Below the pieces are notes generated by a model. The model was given only the letters and a program-made list of their open reading frames with translations, was not told the origin of the DNA and did no database searches. Shown here one piece after another: positions 38,515 through 49,511 of a DNA stretch of 64,000 nucleotides; position 1 is the stretch's first letter; each line of letters begins with the position of its first letter. The translations under genes and the position numbers were made by a program. This DNA is from an uncultured bacterium (lineage in GTDB: Bacteria > Bacillota > Clostridia > Lachnospirales > Lachnospiraceae): NCBI GenBank assembly GCA_947381965.1, contig CANCXX010000014.1, positions 2,270-66,269 of the forward strand, written 5' to 3'.

Positions 38515-39699
38515 TTAGTCTTCTATCTTTACAATTGTGGAGCAGCCCATACCACCGCCGATACACAAAGTAGCAAGACCTGTTTTTGCTCCCTTTGCCT
38601 GCATCTCATGAAGCAGTGTTACAAGGATACGGCAGCCGGAAGCGCCTACGGGATGTCCAAGAGCAATTGCGCCGCCGTTTGGATTGAGCTGTTTATCAAC
38701 ATCAATGCCAAGGTCTCTTCCAACTGCTACGGACTGTGCTGCAAAAGCTTCGTTAGCTTCAATAATATCAAAATCTTCAATCTTCATGCCAGTCTTTGCA
38801 AGAACCTTCTTTGTTGCTGCCACAGGACCAATACCCATAACTTCAGGTCTTACGCCTGCAAGTGCACCTGCAACAAAAGTAGCCATAGGCTTAACGCCCA
38901 GCTCTTTTGCCTTTTCTTCGCTCATAACAACAATTGCTGCTGCACCGTCATTAATGCCGGAAGCGTTGCCTGCTGTTACAAATCCGCCGGGATTGATAGG
39001 ACGGAGCTTTGCAAGTCCTTCAATTGTGGAACCTGCACGAGGGCCTTCGTCTACCTTAAACTCTACCATTTCTTTTTTCTTCTTAACCATTACAGGTACA
39101 ATTTCTGCGTCAAAGGCACCAGACTTCTGAGCTGCTTCTGCTTTCTGCTGGCTCTTTAATGCAAACGCATCCAGCTCTTCTCTGGTAAGTCCCCACTCTT
39201 CGCAGATATTGTCTGCTGTCTTAATCATGTGATAATCATTAAATGCGTCCCAGAGAGCATCCTTAATCATGGTATCAACCAGTGTACCATTGTTCATTCT
39301 GTATCCAAAACGTGCCTGAGGAACTGCATAAGGTGCCATGGACATGTTCTCCATACCGCCTGCAACCACAATATCGGCATCTCCTGCCATAATCATCTGC
39401 GCTGCCTGATTGACACAGTTAAGGCCTGAACCACATACAACGTTCATGGTAACTGCTGGTACCTCTATAGGTAATCCTGCTTTAATGGAAGCCTGACGTG
39501 CCACGTTCTGCCCCTGTCCGGCCTGAATAACACATCCCATATAAACCTGATCCACTGCTTCAGGCGCAACGCCTGCTCTGTTTAAAGCTTCTTTAATAAC
39601 AATTGCTCCAAGCTCTGCAACAGGCACTGTACTTAAAGAACCACCCATCGTACCAATAGCAGTACGGCATGCACCGGCTAAAACTACTTTTTTTGCCAT
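38515..39699 (-). CDS. thl: Acetyl-CoA acetyltransferase (thiolase)
   Basis: [21 protein letters not shown] and LCIGGGMG. Confidence 0.97.
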   Translation of the reverse strand: MAKKVVLAGACRTAIGTMGGSLSTVPVAELGAIVIKEALNRAGVAPEAVDQVYMGCVIQAGQGQNVARQASIKAGLPIEVPAVTMNVVCGSGLNCVNQAAQMIMAGDADIVVAGGMENMSMAPYAVPQARFGYRMNNGTLVDTMIKDALWDAFNDYHMIKTADNICEEWGLTREELDAFALKSQQKAEAAQKSGAFDAEIVPVMVKKKKEMVEFKVDEGPRAGSTIEGLAKLRPINPGGFVTAGNASGINDGAAAIVVMSEEKAKELGVKPMATFVAGALAGVRPEVMGIGPVAATKKVLAKTGMKIEDFDIIEANEAFAAQSVAVGRDLGIDVDKQLNPNGGAIALGHPVGASGCRILVTLLHEMQAKGAKTGLATLCIGGGMGCSTIVKIED

Positions 39700-39753
39700 T
39701 ATTTCTTTCCTCCGTTTATTAATTGAATACTTATAAATACCATCCCGCAACGA

Positions 39754-39771
39754 TTGTTAATTTTTTATCAT
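39754..39771. promoter_or_regulatory. Probable Rex operator upstream of thl
   Basis: TTGTTAATTTTTTATCAT versus the clostridial Rex consensus TTGTTAA-N4-TTAACAA (2 mismatches). Confidence 0.55.
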
Positions 39772-40246
39772 TACGATGAAATTATTATATCATAGGGTGT
39801 CCGTTTTTGCAACGACATTCCACCTGTGATTTGTGAAAAAAATATAAATAACGCCGTCAAATCCTTCATCCATTTTCATGGACTTAATTGTCAAAAAACA
39901 GTATACTCACAAATACAAAAGTTGGTCAGTAATTGTAAAAGGGACACAGTAAGGACTATAAAGAAGCCCGCCCCAATGCGGCGGCGGATGATTGAAATGA
40001 ATATGATATACATAAAATTTTTACGGCATTGTATAATAAAGTAAAACCAATTCTGTTGTCCAAATGCAAGTCTGAGGCGCTCTGTCTTCCTGCCTGTCAA
40101 TATTAATTTAATTGAAGCATTCTGAATATACTCCCCCCCAATTTTTAGGCTGCTTTAATTCTAACTGTCCCTTTAAAAACAGCGGCAAAACTATGATGAC
40201 AGTTTTACCACTGTTGGATATCATTGGGTTTAGACAGCCTAAAAAA

Positions 40247-41113
40247 TCAGTAGAAAATCTGTGCAATAGGAGAAGTTTCGTCAATAATCAGGGTCTTGTT
40301 ATCCCCTGTCATTGTAACCTTCGCCGCATCCAGTGCACGCAGGAAAAGATAAAAGTCCGCCTTTTCCGGATCATTATAGGTTTCACTTAAAATTCTCATA
40401 TACTCCGCTTCTCCCTTGGCAATAATCTCTGCTGCCTGGGCGTTTGCCTGGGACTGCATGACAATAATCTCCGCAGTGGTATTATTGGAGATTTCTTTTG
40501 CTTCCTCCTGTCCCTCTGCCTGATAGGTCGCCGCAATGTTATTTCTCTCAGAAATCATACGCTCATACACCGCGCTTTTATTTTCATCAGGAAGGTCCAA
40601 GGACTTGGTTTCCACTGCAAGAAGCGCAATGCCGTACTGATTCAGCGCATCGCCAATATTCTCCATAATGGTCTTTGCCAGTTCCCCGTCACGTCCGCTT
40701 ATCACTTCTTCCTGGCTTAAACTGCTGATTACATTTTTTAAACTGTTATATACAATGGTGTCTATACGGAATTCCGCATTGCTCTTTTGAGCGCTTAGCG
40801 TTTGGGTATATATATAAGGGTCATCAATTCTCCATAGCACAAAGCAGTCTGCAATCATAGACTTTTTATCCTTTGTCATTACGTCGCTGACTGCAAGGTC
40901 ATATAAAAGCACTTCATTCTGTATTTTTTCCGCTGTCTGCAAAAATGGAATTTTAAAGCTAAGTCCCGGCGTCTGCCGTATACTTTCAATTCTCCCAAAC
41001 TGTTTGATAATCGTATATTCATTGGGATAAGTCACCACTATGCTTGCATTTAGCAGAAATAAAACCACCAGCAATATCAAAAAAACAGCTGGCAGGCTAA
41101 GCTTTTTCTTCAT
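40247..41113 (-). CDS. hflC: HflC (SPFH) protease modulator
   Basis: PGLSFKIPF, VMTKDKK, WRIDDP and VYERMISER. Paired with hflK. Confidence 0.9.
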   Translation of the reverse strand: MKKKLSLPAVFLILLVVLFLLNASIVVTYPNEYTIIKQFGRIESIRQTPGLSFKIPFLQTAEKIQNEVLLYDLAVSDVMTKDKKSMIADCFVLWRIDDPYIYTQTLSAQKSNAEFRIDTIVYNSLKNVISSLSQEEVISGRDGELAKTIMENIGDALNQYGIALLAVETKSLDLPDENKSAVYERMISERNNIAATYQAEGQEEAKEISNNTTAEIIVMQSQANAQAAEIIAKGEAEYMRILSETYNDPEKADFYLFLRALDAAKVTMTGDNKTLIIDETSPIAQIFY

Positions 41114-41131
41114 AATTCAATCTCCCTTCCT

Positions 41132-42241
41132 TTACTGTGCATCCTCGTCACCGGCCATGCCGCTGCCGGAGGCCGCTGTGCTGTTTGACTGACCGGTTCC
41201 ATTCTGACTGCCGGCTGCACTGTTTCTTTGTCCATCTGCCTGCCCGTTCTGGCCGCTGCCTCCGTTTGCAAAGGATGCCCCTGTAAAGGATTCCAAAGGA
41301 AGCATGGTCTGGGTCGTTCCGTCGCTTTTCTCAATTATGACCTTCATACCGGGAAGTATCTCTTCCATGGTTTCATAAAACATTCTCTGCTTGGTAATCA
41401 GCGGATATTTCTGGTACTCCGCATAAAGCTCATTCAGTCTTGCGGTTTGTCCCTTTGCCTCGTTCACGCGCTCTTCCGCCTGGGCCTGGGCAGTCTTTAC
41501 CGTTTCGTCCGCCGCCGCCCTGGCCGCGGGAATATCTTCATTCCTTTTCTGATTGGCTTTATTTATAGAGGTTTCCTTTCCCTGCTTTGCGTTTTCCACG
41601 TTTTTAAAGGCATTGATAACCTCCTGGGTAGGCGGTTCCGCATCCTGAATGGTGATATTTACCAGCTGGATTCCAATATCCTCTTCCTCTAGCCGGGTTA
41701 CAATCTTATCCTTAATGGACGCCTGTATTTCATTTTTTCCTGTGGTAATCACACTGTCCACATCATAAAGACCAATGGTATCACGAATATAACTCTGGGT
41801 CAGATTCTTTAAAATAGCTATAGGATTTTCAGAAGCATAAAGGTATTTCACCGGGTCCGTCACCTTATAGGCCACATAAAAATCCACATTGACAAAGTTG
41901 TAATCTCTGGTAATCATAAAAGATTCCTTGTCAACAAATTCTTCCGAGTTTGTTTCATACCCAATGGGAAATCCATTGATTGTTTTCGGTACTTTTTTTA
42001 ATTGCTGTATGTATGGAATTTTAACATGAATTCCCGACTCTTCCACAACATCCGGCACACCGAAAGTTGTAACCACGGCGTATTCATTTTCCTTTAACGT
42101 ATATACGCTTCCGGCAAACAAATAGAGGGCAATAAACAAAATTACTACGATTCCCGCCGTTGCCCCCAGCTTTTTTCTGCCCTTTTTGCTCTCCGGGTCC
42201 GGCTGGTCATATACCCCCTTATTTTTTCTGCTTTTAAACAT
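41132..42241 (-). CDS. hflK: HflK (SPFH) protease modulator
   Basis: MITRDYNFVNVD, IQDAEPP, AFKNV and RMFYETME, with a low-complexity G/S/N/Q tail. Confidence 0.9.
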   Translation of the reverse strand: MFKSRKNKGVYDQPDPESKKGRKKLGATAGIVVILFIALYLFAGSVYTLKENEYAVVTTFGVPDVVEESGIHVKIPYIQQLKKVPKTINGFPIGYETNSEEFVDKESFMITRDYNFVNVDFYVAYKVTDPVKYLYASENPIAILKNLTQSYIRDTIGLYDVDSVITTGKNEIQASIKDKIVTRLEEEDIGIQLVNITIQDAEPPTQEVINAFKNVENAKQGKETSINKANQKRNEDIPAARAAADETVKTAQAQAEERVNEAKGQTARLNELYAEYQKYPLITKQRMFYETMEEILPGMKVIIEKSDGTTQTMLPLESFTGASFANGGSGQNGQADGQRNSAAGSQNGTGQSNSTAASGSGMAGDEDAQ

Positions 42242-42470
42242 CCCTTGTCCTCCTAATTCTTATACATTGTGTTAAATCCTCCGGGCGGATACGTTCCTGC
42301 TCCTTAATTGCCCCTCCAGCGCCAATGATGGTATTGGACCTGTAATTATTGCTTTTGTATTCCGCTTCTGGTTTCATTATATGAGGCTTTCCGCCTGCAT
42401 ACAAGGCAGGTAACGCTTTTTTAACAGTATTTTATACATATTTAATATTTCGCCGCCATCTTTTTCCTGC

Positions 42471-42902
42471 CTAAAAAGAAAAAAATTCTCCCTCTATTTT
42501 CATAATCTCACAAACTGCTATCGCTGTCCCATCCAACATAATAACTCTTTTTTTATATGTATCTATCCTTTTCACCTGTCCGGAGACGGTAACATATAAG
42601 CCGCCTTTCTTTTTCCCATCTGGCCGGAAATATGTAACAGACACCTTGGGATGATCCGCAATATGTTCCTGCAGCATCCGAAGCCTTTCGTCCAGCGCAT
42701 TTTTAGCATCTTCCTCCAGTTCCACCCGCGCGTCCGTCCGCCGGTCCGTTTCCATAAGCGCATCCTCAAACCCGGTAAGCGCGGCAAAAGGAGAAAATTG
42801 CGCCGCCCGGTCTGTTATGGACATCCGGGGACGGTGTGGTGAAACATGATGGGGAAGATTTATAATATCCTCATATCGCTTCCATTCTTTCTCATTCTCC
42901 AT
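42471..42902 (-). CDS. YolD-like protein
   Basis: YEDIINLPHHVS...RAAQFSPFAALTG. Follows the Y-family polymerase gene. Confidence 0.85.
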   Translation of the reverse strand: MENEKEWKRYEDIINLPHHVSPHRPRMSITDRAAQFSPFAALTGFEDALMETDRRTDARVELEEDAKNALDERLRMLQEHIADHPKVSVTYFRPDGKKKGGLYVTVSGQVKRIDTYKKRVIMLDGTAIAVCEIMKIEGEFFSF

Positions 42903-42963
42903 TCCTATCCCCCCGCACATTGCAGACTTTCTCTGCGATACCTATGCCGGAGCGTGACTTTCT

Positions 42964-44493
42964 CTACGCTTTGTGCCCGCCAATCTGCCCATTGCGTTTA
43001 AGAGTCATTGCCCCGTCCTCAAGATTCATTCCTTTAAGAATTGCATTTTTCCCAAATTTCTTTTTAATATCCAGCATGGCCTTCTGCATTTTCCTCTCCC
43101 GCTCCAGTTCCGCTTCTTCCTTTTCCTTCTGCCTTTGCAGGGCTTCATAATCCGTAAAAAGATCCAGCTGTTCAAAAGTCTCTTCACCTGCCGCAGCCCC
43201 TGCTTCCTGCACATGGCATGCGGTAATATAAACTCTTCTAATCAGAAGATTTTTATCCACAATTCTGTCGTACAGCCTGGTAACAGCATCCATTATCAGC
43301 CGCGTGGACGATGTGCGCCGCCCAAGGTTCTCTGTTCCATGGGCATGTTTCGGAACCCTTCTTCCATAATGGTCTGTGGTTACAGGTCCTTTATAATACT
43401 TTTTGATTTCAGGATTGGATAAATTTTCTATATCATAGCCTATGGTCAGAACCATCTGGTCTGTCACCAGCCCCTTGTCCACCAAATCCAGTGTCAAAAG
43501 GTCTGTCATTTCCCTGACAATCAGTTTTCCCTTTTCAAAGGAATAGGGGCTTTGAAGAACCTGTCCGGAACCAATGCTGCTCTCATCCGGCTTATACGCT
43601 TTTACATCCGCAATGGTACATGGCTCCCATCCCCAGGCATGGTCAATTAGCAGCTCTGCATTAATGCCAAACAGGTTATAGAGCAAATCTTCATTATAGT
43701 AATCAGATGCCTTTCCTATTGAGCACCGGGCCACATCCCCCATGGTAAACAGACCGTTTTCCTCCAGCTTTTTTGCATACCCCCGGCCCACACGCCAAAA
43801 ATCCGTCAAAGGCCTGTGGCTCCAAAGGAGCTTCCGGTAGGTCATTTCGTCCAGCTGGGCAATCCGCACTCCGTCTTCATCCGGGGTAACATGTTTCGCT
43901 ACAATATCCATGGCCGCTTTGCAAAGATACAGATTGGCGCCTATCCCTGCCGTAGCTGTGATCCCGGTAACTGCAAGGACTTCCTGTATTATTTTTTTGG
44001 TCAGATCGCGGGCGGTAAGCTTATAAGTATCCAGATAGTCCGTTACGTCCATAAATACCTCGTCTATGGAATAAACATGAATGTCTTCTGATGCTACATA
44101 CTTCATATATATATCATAAATCCGGGTGCTGTACTCCATATAAAGAGCCATTCTGGGAGGCGCCGTAATGTAAGAGACGGAAAGCGCCTTTGAGGACTTC
44201 AGCTGTTCATCGTCATAAGAATTACCTGCAAAACTGCCTCCCGGCGCCTGCTGCCTTCGCATGGCATTTACTTCCTTTACCCTCTGCACCACCTCAAACA
44301 GCCTGGCCCTGCCGGAAATACCATAAGCCTTCAAAGAAGGGGACACCGCCAGACAAATGGTCTTTTCTGTGCGGCTGCCGTCTGCTACCACAAGATTGGT
44401 GGTCAAAGGATTCAATCCCCGCTCCACACATTCAACGGAAGCATAAAATGACTTTAAATCAATTGCAATATAAACACGATTCTTTTCCGCCAT
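42964..44493 (-). CDS. Y-family (UmuC/ImpB-like) translesion DNA polymerase
   Basis: IDLKSFYASVEC, YSIDEVF, HAWG and a C-terminal KFGKNAI...IGGHKA. Confidence 0.92.
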   Translation of the reverse strand: MAEKNRVYIAIDLKSFYASVECVERGLNPLTTNLVVADGSRTEKTICLAVSPSLKAYGISGRARLFEVVQRVKEVNAMRRQQAPGGSFAGNSYDDEQLKSSKALSVSYITAPPRMALYMEYSTRIYDIYMKYVASEDIHVYSIDEVFMDVTDYLDTYKLTARDLTKKIIQEVLAVTGITATAGIGANLYLCKAAMDIVAKHVTPDEDGVRIAQLDEMTYRKLLWSHRPLTDFWRVGRGYAKKLEENGLFTMGDVARCSIGKASDYYNEDLLYNLFGINAELLIDHAWGWEPCTIADVKAYKPDESSIGSGQVLQSPYSFEKGKLIVREMTDLLTLDLVDKGLVTDQMVLTIGYDIENLSNPEIKKYYKGPVTTDHYGRRVPKHAHGTENLGRRTSSTRLIMDAVTRLYDRIVDKNLLIRRVYITACHVQEAGAAAGEETFEQLDLFTDYEALQRQKEKEEAELERERKMQKAMLDIKKKFGKNAILKGMNLEDGAMTLKRNGQIGGHKA

Positions 44494-44544
44494 CTTTAAG
44501 TGCCTCCTTTTTACTTTTTGGATTATGAATAATCTTATTATATC

Positions 44545-44558
44545 AGAACTTACGTTCT
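44545..44558. promoter_or_regulatory. LexA (SOS/Cheo) box
   Basis: AGAACTTACGTTCT matches GAAC-N4-GTTC, about 50 bp upstream of the polymerase. Confidence 0.8.
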
Positions 44559-44688
44559 ATTTCAATAGGTTACTTTTCTTTAACCAGAATTGTTGTGTAT
44601 CCTGTCACCCCATTGTATAATATAATAAGAAATAAAAAGTATTTTTAGCAAAACATCCAAAATTATTTATCAGGAGGAAAAAGAGACA

Positions 44689-45219
44689 ATGAGTGACGTA
44701 ATTGAAATAATTAAAAAACGGAGTTCCACCAGAGGTTATACTGACGAGCCCTTAACGGACGCTGAACTAAATACCCTGATTCATGCCGGACTGCAGGCTC
44801 CCACAGCGGCAAACAAGCAGGAAATCCACTTTACCGTTTTAAATGGCAGCAATCCCATTTTACAGGAACTTGAAGAGGAAAAGAACCGCCTGCGAAATCT
44901 TACATCTCCTGCCCACAATTTTTATTACGAAGCCCCTGTGGTGGTTATCTTAAGCGCCGATAGCGGATATAAATGGAGCGCGCTTGACGCAGGCATTGCT
45001 GTGGAAAATATGGCGCTTGCAGCAGAAGGTCTTGGACTTGGAAACCTGATTATCGGCTGCATTGACGACGCCATCAAGGGAGAAAAAAAAGAATACTATT
45101 CAAATGCCCTGAAATTCCCCCAAAATTATGAATATAAAATTGCTATTGCATTTGGGCACAAAGCAGTTACAAAAGACCCACACACCTATCAGGCAGATGC
45201 GCAGGTCACTTATATTTAA
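44689..45219 (+). CDS. Nitroreductase family protein
   Basis: IKKRSSTRGY, QAPTAANKQ and DAGIAVENMALAAEGLGLG. Confidence 0.93.
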   Translation: MSDVIEIIKKRSSTRGYTDEPLTDAELNTLIHAGLQAPTAANKQEIHFTVLNGSNPILQELEEEKNRLRNLTSPAHNFYYEAPVVVILSADSGYKWSALDAGIAVENMALAAEGLGLGNLIIGCIDDAIKGEKKEYYSNALKFPQNYEYKIAIAFGHKAVTKDPHTYQADAQVTYI

Positions 45220-45260
45220 GCTTATCAGGAAAAGCGGATAAACTCTGTGGCGGTGAAGGC

Positions 45261-46331
45261 TTAGGCTGTCTGCTTTTCCTTTTTATTTTTATACTCTGCC
45301 ACAGCAGGATCTTTCATTTGGAAACTGCGGAACCATTCTTTGGTTTCCTCATTTTTCTCCGTAAGGCAGCGGTTTTTGTACAAAAAACGGGTCAGGGCAT
45401 AGCAGTCAATCCAAATTTCTTTATTTCCTTCTTTCTGGGATTCATCAAAAATAAGCTGCAGGCCCCAGTGAAGATGAACGGTTTCAATATTGTTCACATT
45501 TTCCTTCTTGCTGTATCCGGTATGCCCCATATAGCCTATCACATCCCCGGCAGTTACCACACTTCCCTCTTCCAGGTTAAGCGCATATGGGAAATTCTGA
45601 CGCAGATGCGCATAATAATAATAGCGTTTGCCGTCAAAGCTCCGGATACCAATCCGCCATCCCCCATACTGGTTCCATCCAAGAGCTTCCACATAGCCGG
45701 ACTCAACGCAAATCACGGGTGTGCCAATTTGTCCCATCATGTCATGCCCTAAATGCTGTCTTTTATATCCATAACTCCGGCTGGATCCAAAATCATCATA
45801 ATCGCTGTATTCAAATCCTTTGGCAATAGGCGAAAAAGCCTTCAGACCATAAACCTTTTTCCAGCTCTTCTTTCCATTTTCATCTGCCTGCTCTATCTCA
45901 TACTCTCCCACCATGCCGCCAAGAACCGCCTCATAAGCCTCACAATAGTAGTTATAATATTTCATATCCTTTGTTAGCTCTTCAAGGGTGCTTTCCCCGG
46001 AGGAAAGCTCCGCCGCAAGCTTCTGTATTAAGGGAACGCTGTCTTTCCCAAAGGAGCCGCCGCTCTTTGCCCCCGCATAGGCAAGCAGTTCAATCCAGTT
46101 TAAATGCACCTCTTCGTCATAGCTTGCCACATCCAAATCATAGGCTGCGCAAAGCGCCTCATAGGTAACATTAAAATCCACCCATTTAATATAATCCCCG
46201 TTTGCGCCGGAGCTTACTTCTATGGCGGACATTTTTTCTTCCCTGCCGGAACGTCCGCTCTTTAGCAGGCAGACCAGAATAAGAAGCAGGCTTATTATTA
46301 TGATAGCGACAGTGTAGCAGATTTTTTTCAT
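45261..46331 (-). CDS. M23 family metallopeptidase, N-terminally anchored
   Basis: HLGHD (HxxxD), YYYAHL and VHLH (HxH). Confidence 0.9.
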   Translation of the reverse strand: MKKICYTVAIIIISLLLILVCLLKSGRSGREEKMSAIEVSSGANGDYIKWVDFNVTYEALCAAYDLDVASYDEEVHLNWIELLAYAGAKSGGSFGKDSVPLIQKLAAELSSGESTLEELTKDMKYYNYYCEAYEAVLGGMVGEYEIEQADENGKKSWKKVYGLKAFSPIAKGFEYSDYDDFGSSRSYGYKRQHLGHDMMGQIGTPVICVESGYVEALGWNQYGGWRIGIRSFDGKRYYYYAHLRQNFPYALNLEEGSVVTAGDVIGYMGHTGYSKKENVNNIETVHLHWGLQLIFDESQKEGNKEIWIDCYALTRFLYKNRCLTEKNEETKEWFRSFQMKDPAVAEYKNKKEKQTA

Positions 46332-46394
46332 ACACAAATACCTACCGGAAACAGGTTAGAAAACTATATGAAAAAAAACAGCAATATATTCCTG

Positions 46395-47471
46395 TCATCC
46401 CTTTTCCCTGTAAACAAATTCCCTCTGAATCAGGAAGCTTAAAAAAAATAGCACCACATCCACCGGCATTTTTACAAGCACCTCCGCCCCGCCAAATAAA
46501 GGATACAGCTCTCCTACCAGAAAAGCGCTTAGGGACATTTGAATCACCGCAAGCAGCGCATAACGGGGCAGGGTTGCGCCTATGGAGCTTTCGCTCTGGA
46601 ATACTACTTTTAAATTCAGCAGATAGTTATAAAGAGCAGACAGTATTCTTGCAAAAACCGTAGCCACCATCACATAAGTAATCCTCCCCCACTGTCTGTC
46701 TTTAAGCAAAAAACAGAACAGGGAAAACAACGCTAAGTCCACCACGCTTGAAGACAGGGAAGAAAAGAGAAACTTTCCAAAAATCATATAAATTTTTACG
46801 GAATCTCTGATAGGATTGAAATGGCTTGTTTTATTTTCTTCTATATAAATTGTGCGGATAGGCACTTCCACAATAGGGATTTTTCTTGTTTTGGTTTCCA
46901 GCAGCATATTGGTTTCAAACTCAAACCGCTCTCCTTTTACCATAAGAAGCTGCTGCATAAAAAAGGCGGGAATTCCCCTAAGTCCCGTCTGGGTATCGGA
47001 GACAGTAATGCCTGTCAGGTATTTCATCACCATTCTGGTACATTTGTTGCCAAATTCGGAGCGTGCCGGCACCTCATCCCCCTCAAAACACCGGCATCCC
47101 AAAATAAGCGCTTCCGGGTTTACCAGCATTGCCTGTGCGCAGGCTAAAATACACTCCGGGGAATGCTGCCCGTCAGAGTCGGCCGTTATTGCCCCCGGCA
47201 TCTGACCAAATTCCTGAAGGCAATAATTAAATGCAGTCTTTAACGCACGGCCCTTTCCCTGATTGACCGCATGGTGCAGTACCAGACAGCCATAGAGAGC
47301 CTCCGCCTCCTCAAAATAATGGATATAGGCTTCCCCGCTTCCATCATTCACCAGCACAATATTGCGAAACCCTGTGTCCTTTAATTTCTTCAGCAGGGCC
47401 GGAAGCTTTTCATCCGGCTCATAAGAAGGAATAATAATTGGTATATCATATTCTGTTATATTTCCTGTCAT
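46395..47471 (-). CDS. GT2 glycosyltransferase fused to a GtrA-like domain
   Basis: IIPSY, VNDGS, NQGKGRA, ADSDGQH and DTQTGLR, with a 4-TM C-terminus. Confidence 0.9.
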   Translation of the reverse strand: MTGNITEYDIPIIIPSYEPDEKLPALLKKLKDTGFRNIVLVNDGSGEAYIHYFEEAEALYGCLVLHHAVNQGKGRALKTAFNYCLQEFGQMPGAITADSDGQHSPECILACAQAMLVNPEALILGCRCFEGDEVPARSEFGNKCTRMVMKYLTGITVSDTQTGLRGIPAFFMQQLLMVKGERFEFETNMLLETKTRKIPIVEVPIRTIYIEENKTSHFNPIRDSVKIYMIFGKFLFSSLSSSVVDLALFSLFCFLLKDRQWGRITYVMVATVFARILSALYNYLLNLKVVFQSESSIGATLPRYALLAVIQMSLSAFLVGELYPLFGGAEVLVKMPVDVVLFFLSFLIQREFVYREKG

Positions 47472-47475
47472 AAAT

Positions 47476-49386
47476 TTATCCTTTCTTATAAAGACGGATA
47501 CCGTCCTTTTCTTCCGTCACCTGGTACAGACATCCAAAGGTAAACGAATTTTCCTCTGTCAGCGAAGCTAGAATTTTCTCTCCTTCTTTGGGCAGTTCAT
47601 CCACATACAAAAAGCCTGCATGGGCGTCTTCCACTGCCCTTGCAATATCCCCGCCGCTCATGGAAGCAGCATCTATGTTTCCATACATCACTGATACCGG
47701 CGCCGCCTCAAAGTTTATATAAGTGTTTCTCACCCAGCTTACATCCGAAATATCCCGCAGATACAATATACGCAGGGCATTCCCCTTCTGCCCGGCCCCT
47801 GCTTTTGCAAGAAACTGCCCGGCCTCTTCGTCCACAATTTCCTTCCGCTCATTAAGCGTCTCCTGTACCGTCCCCCGGTAACCGACAATGGCACGGTAAG
47901 CGCCCCCATGGTCTGCCGTCACAAGCACAAACAAAAGGCAAAGCAGCGCCCCTTTGTGGGACCTGCCCCCTCCTGTCACATAAAAAGCAGTCAGATACAA
48001 CCCTCCAATGGCAAAAGGCGCCCCATATCTTTCAATGGAGGAAACCATTCCGAAAGGCTCCAGATATTGGGTTTCCACTGCAAAAATCGTCAGATGGCAG
48101 ATAAGGTTTATTCCATAAAATATCATCCCTGTAACTGCCAGAAATATTCCAATATAAAGGGCCTGTCCTTTTTCCAGTACACGGAACTTATATAAAAGAA
48201 ACATAAAAGCAAGCAAAAGCAAATATAATCCTAAAGGACTTAAATCCCATGCAAAGGTTTCTCCCCGGTGGAGAGGCCATCTGATAAAAGCCTCCACAAA
48301 AGCCCTTACCATTTTTTCCTGATAAGCGGGAATGCCCATACCTCCGGTCGCCATCTGAATTGCTGTTCCGGTAAGCTTTGCCACTCTTCGGTTTATCACA
48401 CAGAATAAAAGCCATGAAATTTCCGTAAGCACCGGAAGAATCGTGACCGCAAGCAGTCCCATCCTGTTCTTTTTTCCACCCTCTTCCTGCCCCTTTGCAT
48501 TACTTATTCCTTTCTGCCGTATATCCTTCCTGTAAAGCAGACAGTGATATCCATAATCAAACAAAAGCCCAAAAGCCACCCACATAAACCCTGTATTTTT
48601 ACACAAAACCAGGACCATCAAAAACAATGCCTGTCTGCCATAATAAAAAAACCTGCCCTTTGCCTGCCTGTCCACCACTGATACAAGAAAAGCGCCGTAT
48701 ACCACTGCCATAGTAAGATCCGCACAGCAGCCGTCCATCCAAAAGGCCTCCGCCACTGATGGAAATATCCAGAGCGCCGCCGCCCCTGCCGCCATCACCA
48801 GCAGACTGTATTTATTCCACTTTTTCATTACCTTCAGAAAAGGAAAAAGAAAAGACAGGTTCAGAAAATAATATCCGGCAAACATCAATCCTTCCCGGAA
48901 TTCTCCAGAAAAATGCAGAAACCACCACTTCATCATCTGAGTGCCTGGCGGATAATCCCCAAATTCTGCCGCCGCGTTGGTGTATTTCCCTGCAAAGCCA
49001 TCCAGATAATAAATAGATTTTACATCTGTCGCCCAGAAATTATAGTCATCCCACCAGCTTACCACTTTTCCGTTTACGCATATCGTTACCACGATTGTCA
49101 TAAACAGCGCCGTCAAAAAAGCAGGACCTGAAAATTCATTTTTTGCATATGCAAGAATTTCCTTTCTTTTTTCTGCCGGAGACTTCAACGTGCAAAGCAA
49201 CCCTGCCGCCAGCCCCAAAACTGCCAGATAATCTGAAAAAGAAAGAGCCTGAAAAAAGGAAAGGATATACAGGACTAAAATTAATATTGCGCTTCCCATT
49301 GGAACCGCTTCCACTATGCGGATTTTAAACTTCCATCCAATTCCCAAAATTAAAACCAAAAAAGCCGCTATCTGAAAAATAACCAT
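47476..49386 (-). CDS. Polytopic membrane protein, possibly a GT-C-fold glycosyltransferase
   Basis: Many TM helices, WWDDYNFW loop motif and DYPP. Adjacent to the GT2-GtrA gene. Confidence 0.55.
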   Translation of the reverse strand: MVIFQIAAFLVLILGIGWKFKIRIVEAVPMGSAILILVLYILSFFQALSFSDYLAVLGLAAGLLCTLKSPAEKRKEILAYAKNEFSGPAFLTALFMTIVVTICVNGKVVSWWDDYNFWATDVKSIYYLDGFAGKYTNAAAEFGDYPPGTQMMKWWFLHFSGEFREGLMFAGYYFLNLSFLFPFLKVMKKWNKYSLLVMAAGAAALWIFPSVAEAFWMDGCCADLTMAVVYGAFLVSVVDRQAKGRFFYYGRQALFLMVLVLCKNTGFMWVAFGLLFDYGYHCLLYRKDIRQKGISNAKGQEEGGKKNRMGLLAVTILPVLTEISWLLFCVINRRVAKLTGTAIQMATGGMGIPAYQEKMVRAFVEAFIRWPLHRGETFAWDLSPLGLYLLLLAFMFLLYKFRVLEKGQALYIGIFLAVTGMIFYGINLICHLTIFAVETQYLEPFGMVSSIERYGAPFAIGGLYLTAFYVTGGGRSHKGALLCLLFVLVTADHGGAYRAIVGYRGTVQETLNERKEIVDEEAGQFLAKAGAGQKGNALRILYLRDISDVSWVRNTYINFEAAPVSVMYGNIDAASMSGGDIARAVEDAHAGFLYVDELPKEGEKILASLTEENSFTFGCLYQVTEEKDGIRLYKKG

Positions 49387-49424
49387 TTTCCCGCTTTCCT
49401 TCCGCCTTCTCTATTAAAACGATT

Positions 49425-49466
49425 ATAACAAAAAGATGTGTGGCATGCCACACATCTTTTTGTTAT
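49425..49466 (-). terminator. hpf terminator (perfect 42-bp palindrome)
   Basis: ATAACAAAAAGATGTGTGGCA|TGCCACACATCTTTTTGTTAT. Confidence 0.75.
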
Positions 49467-49511
49467 CATTTATGATTATTTTCTTAAGGTCCTCATAAGA
49501 CCTGACGTATT

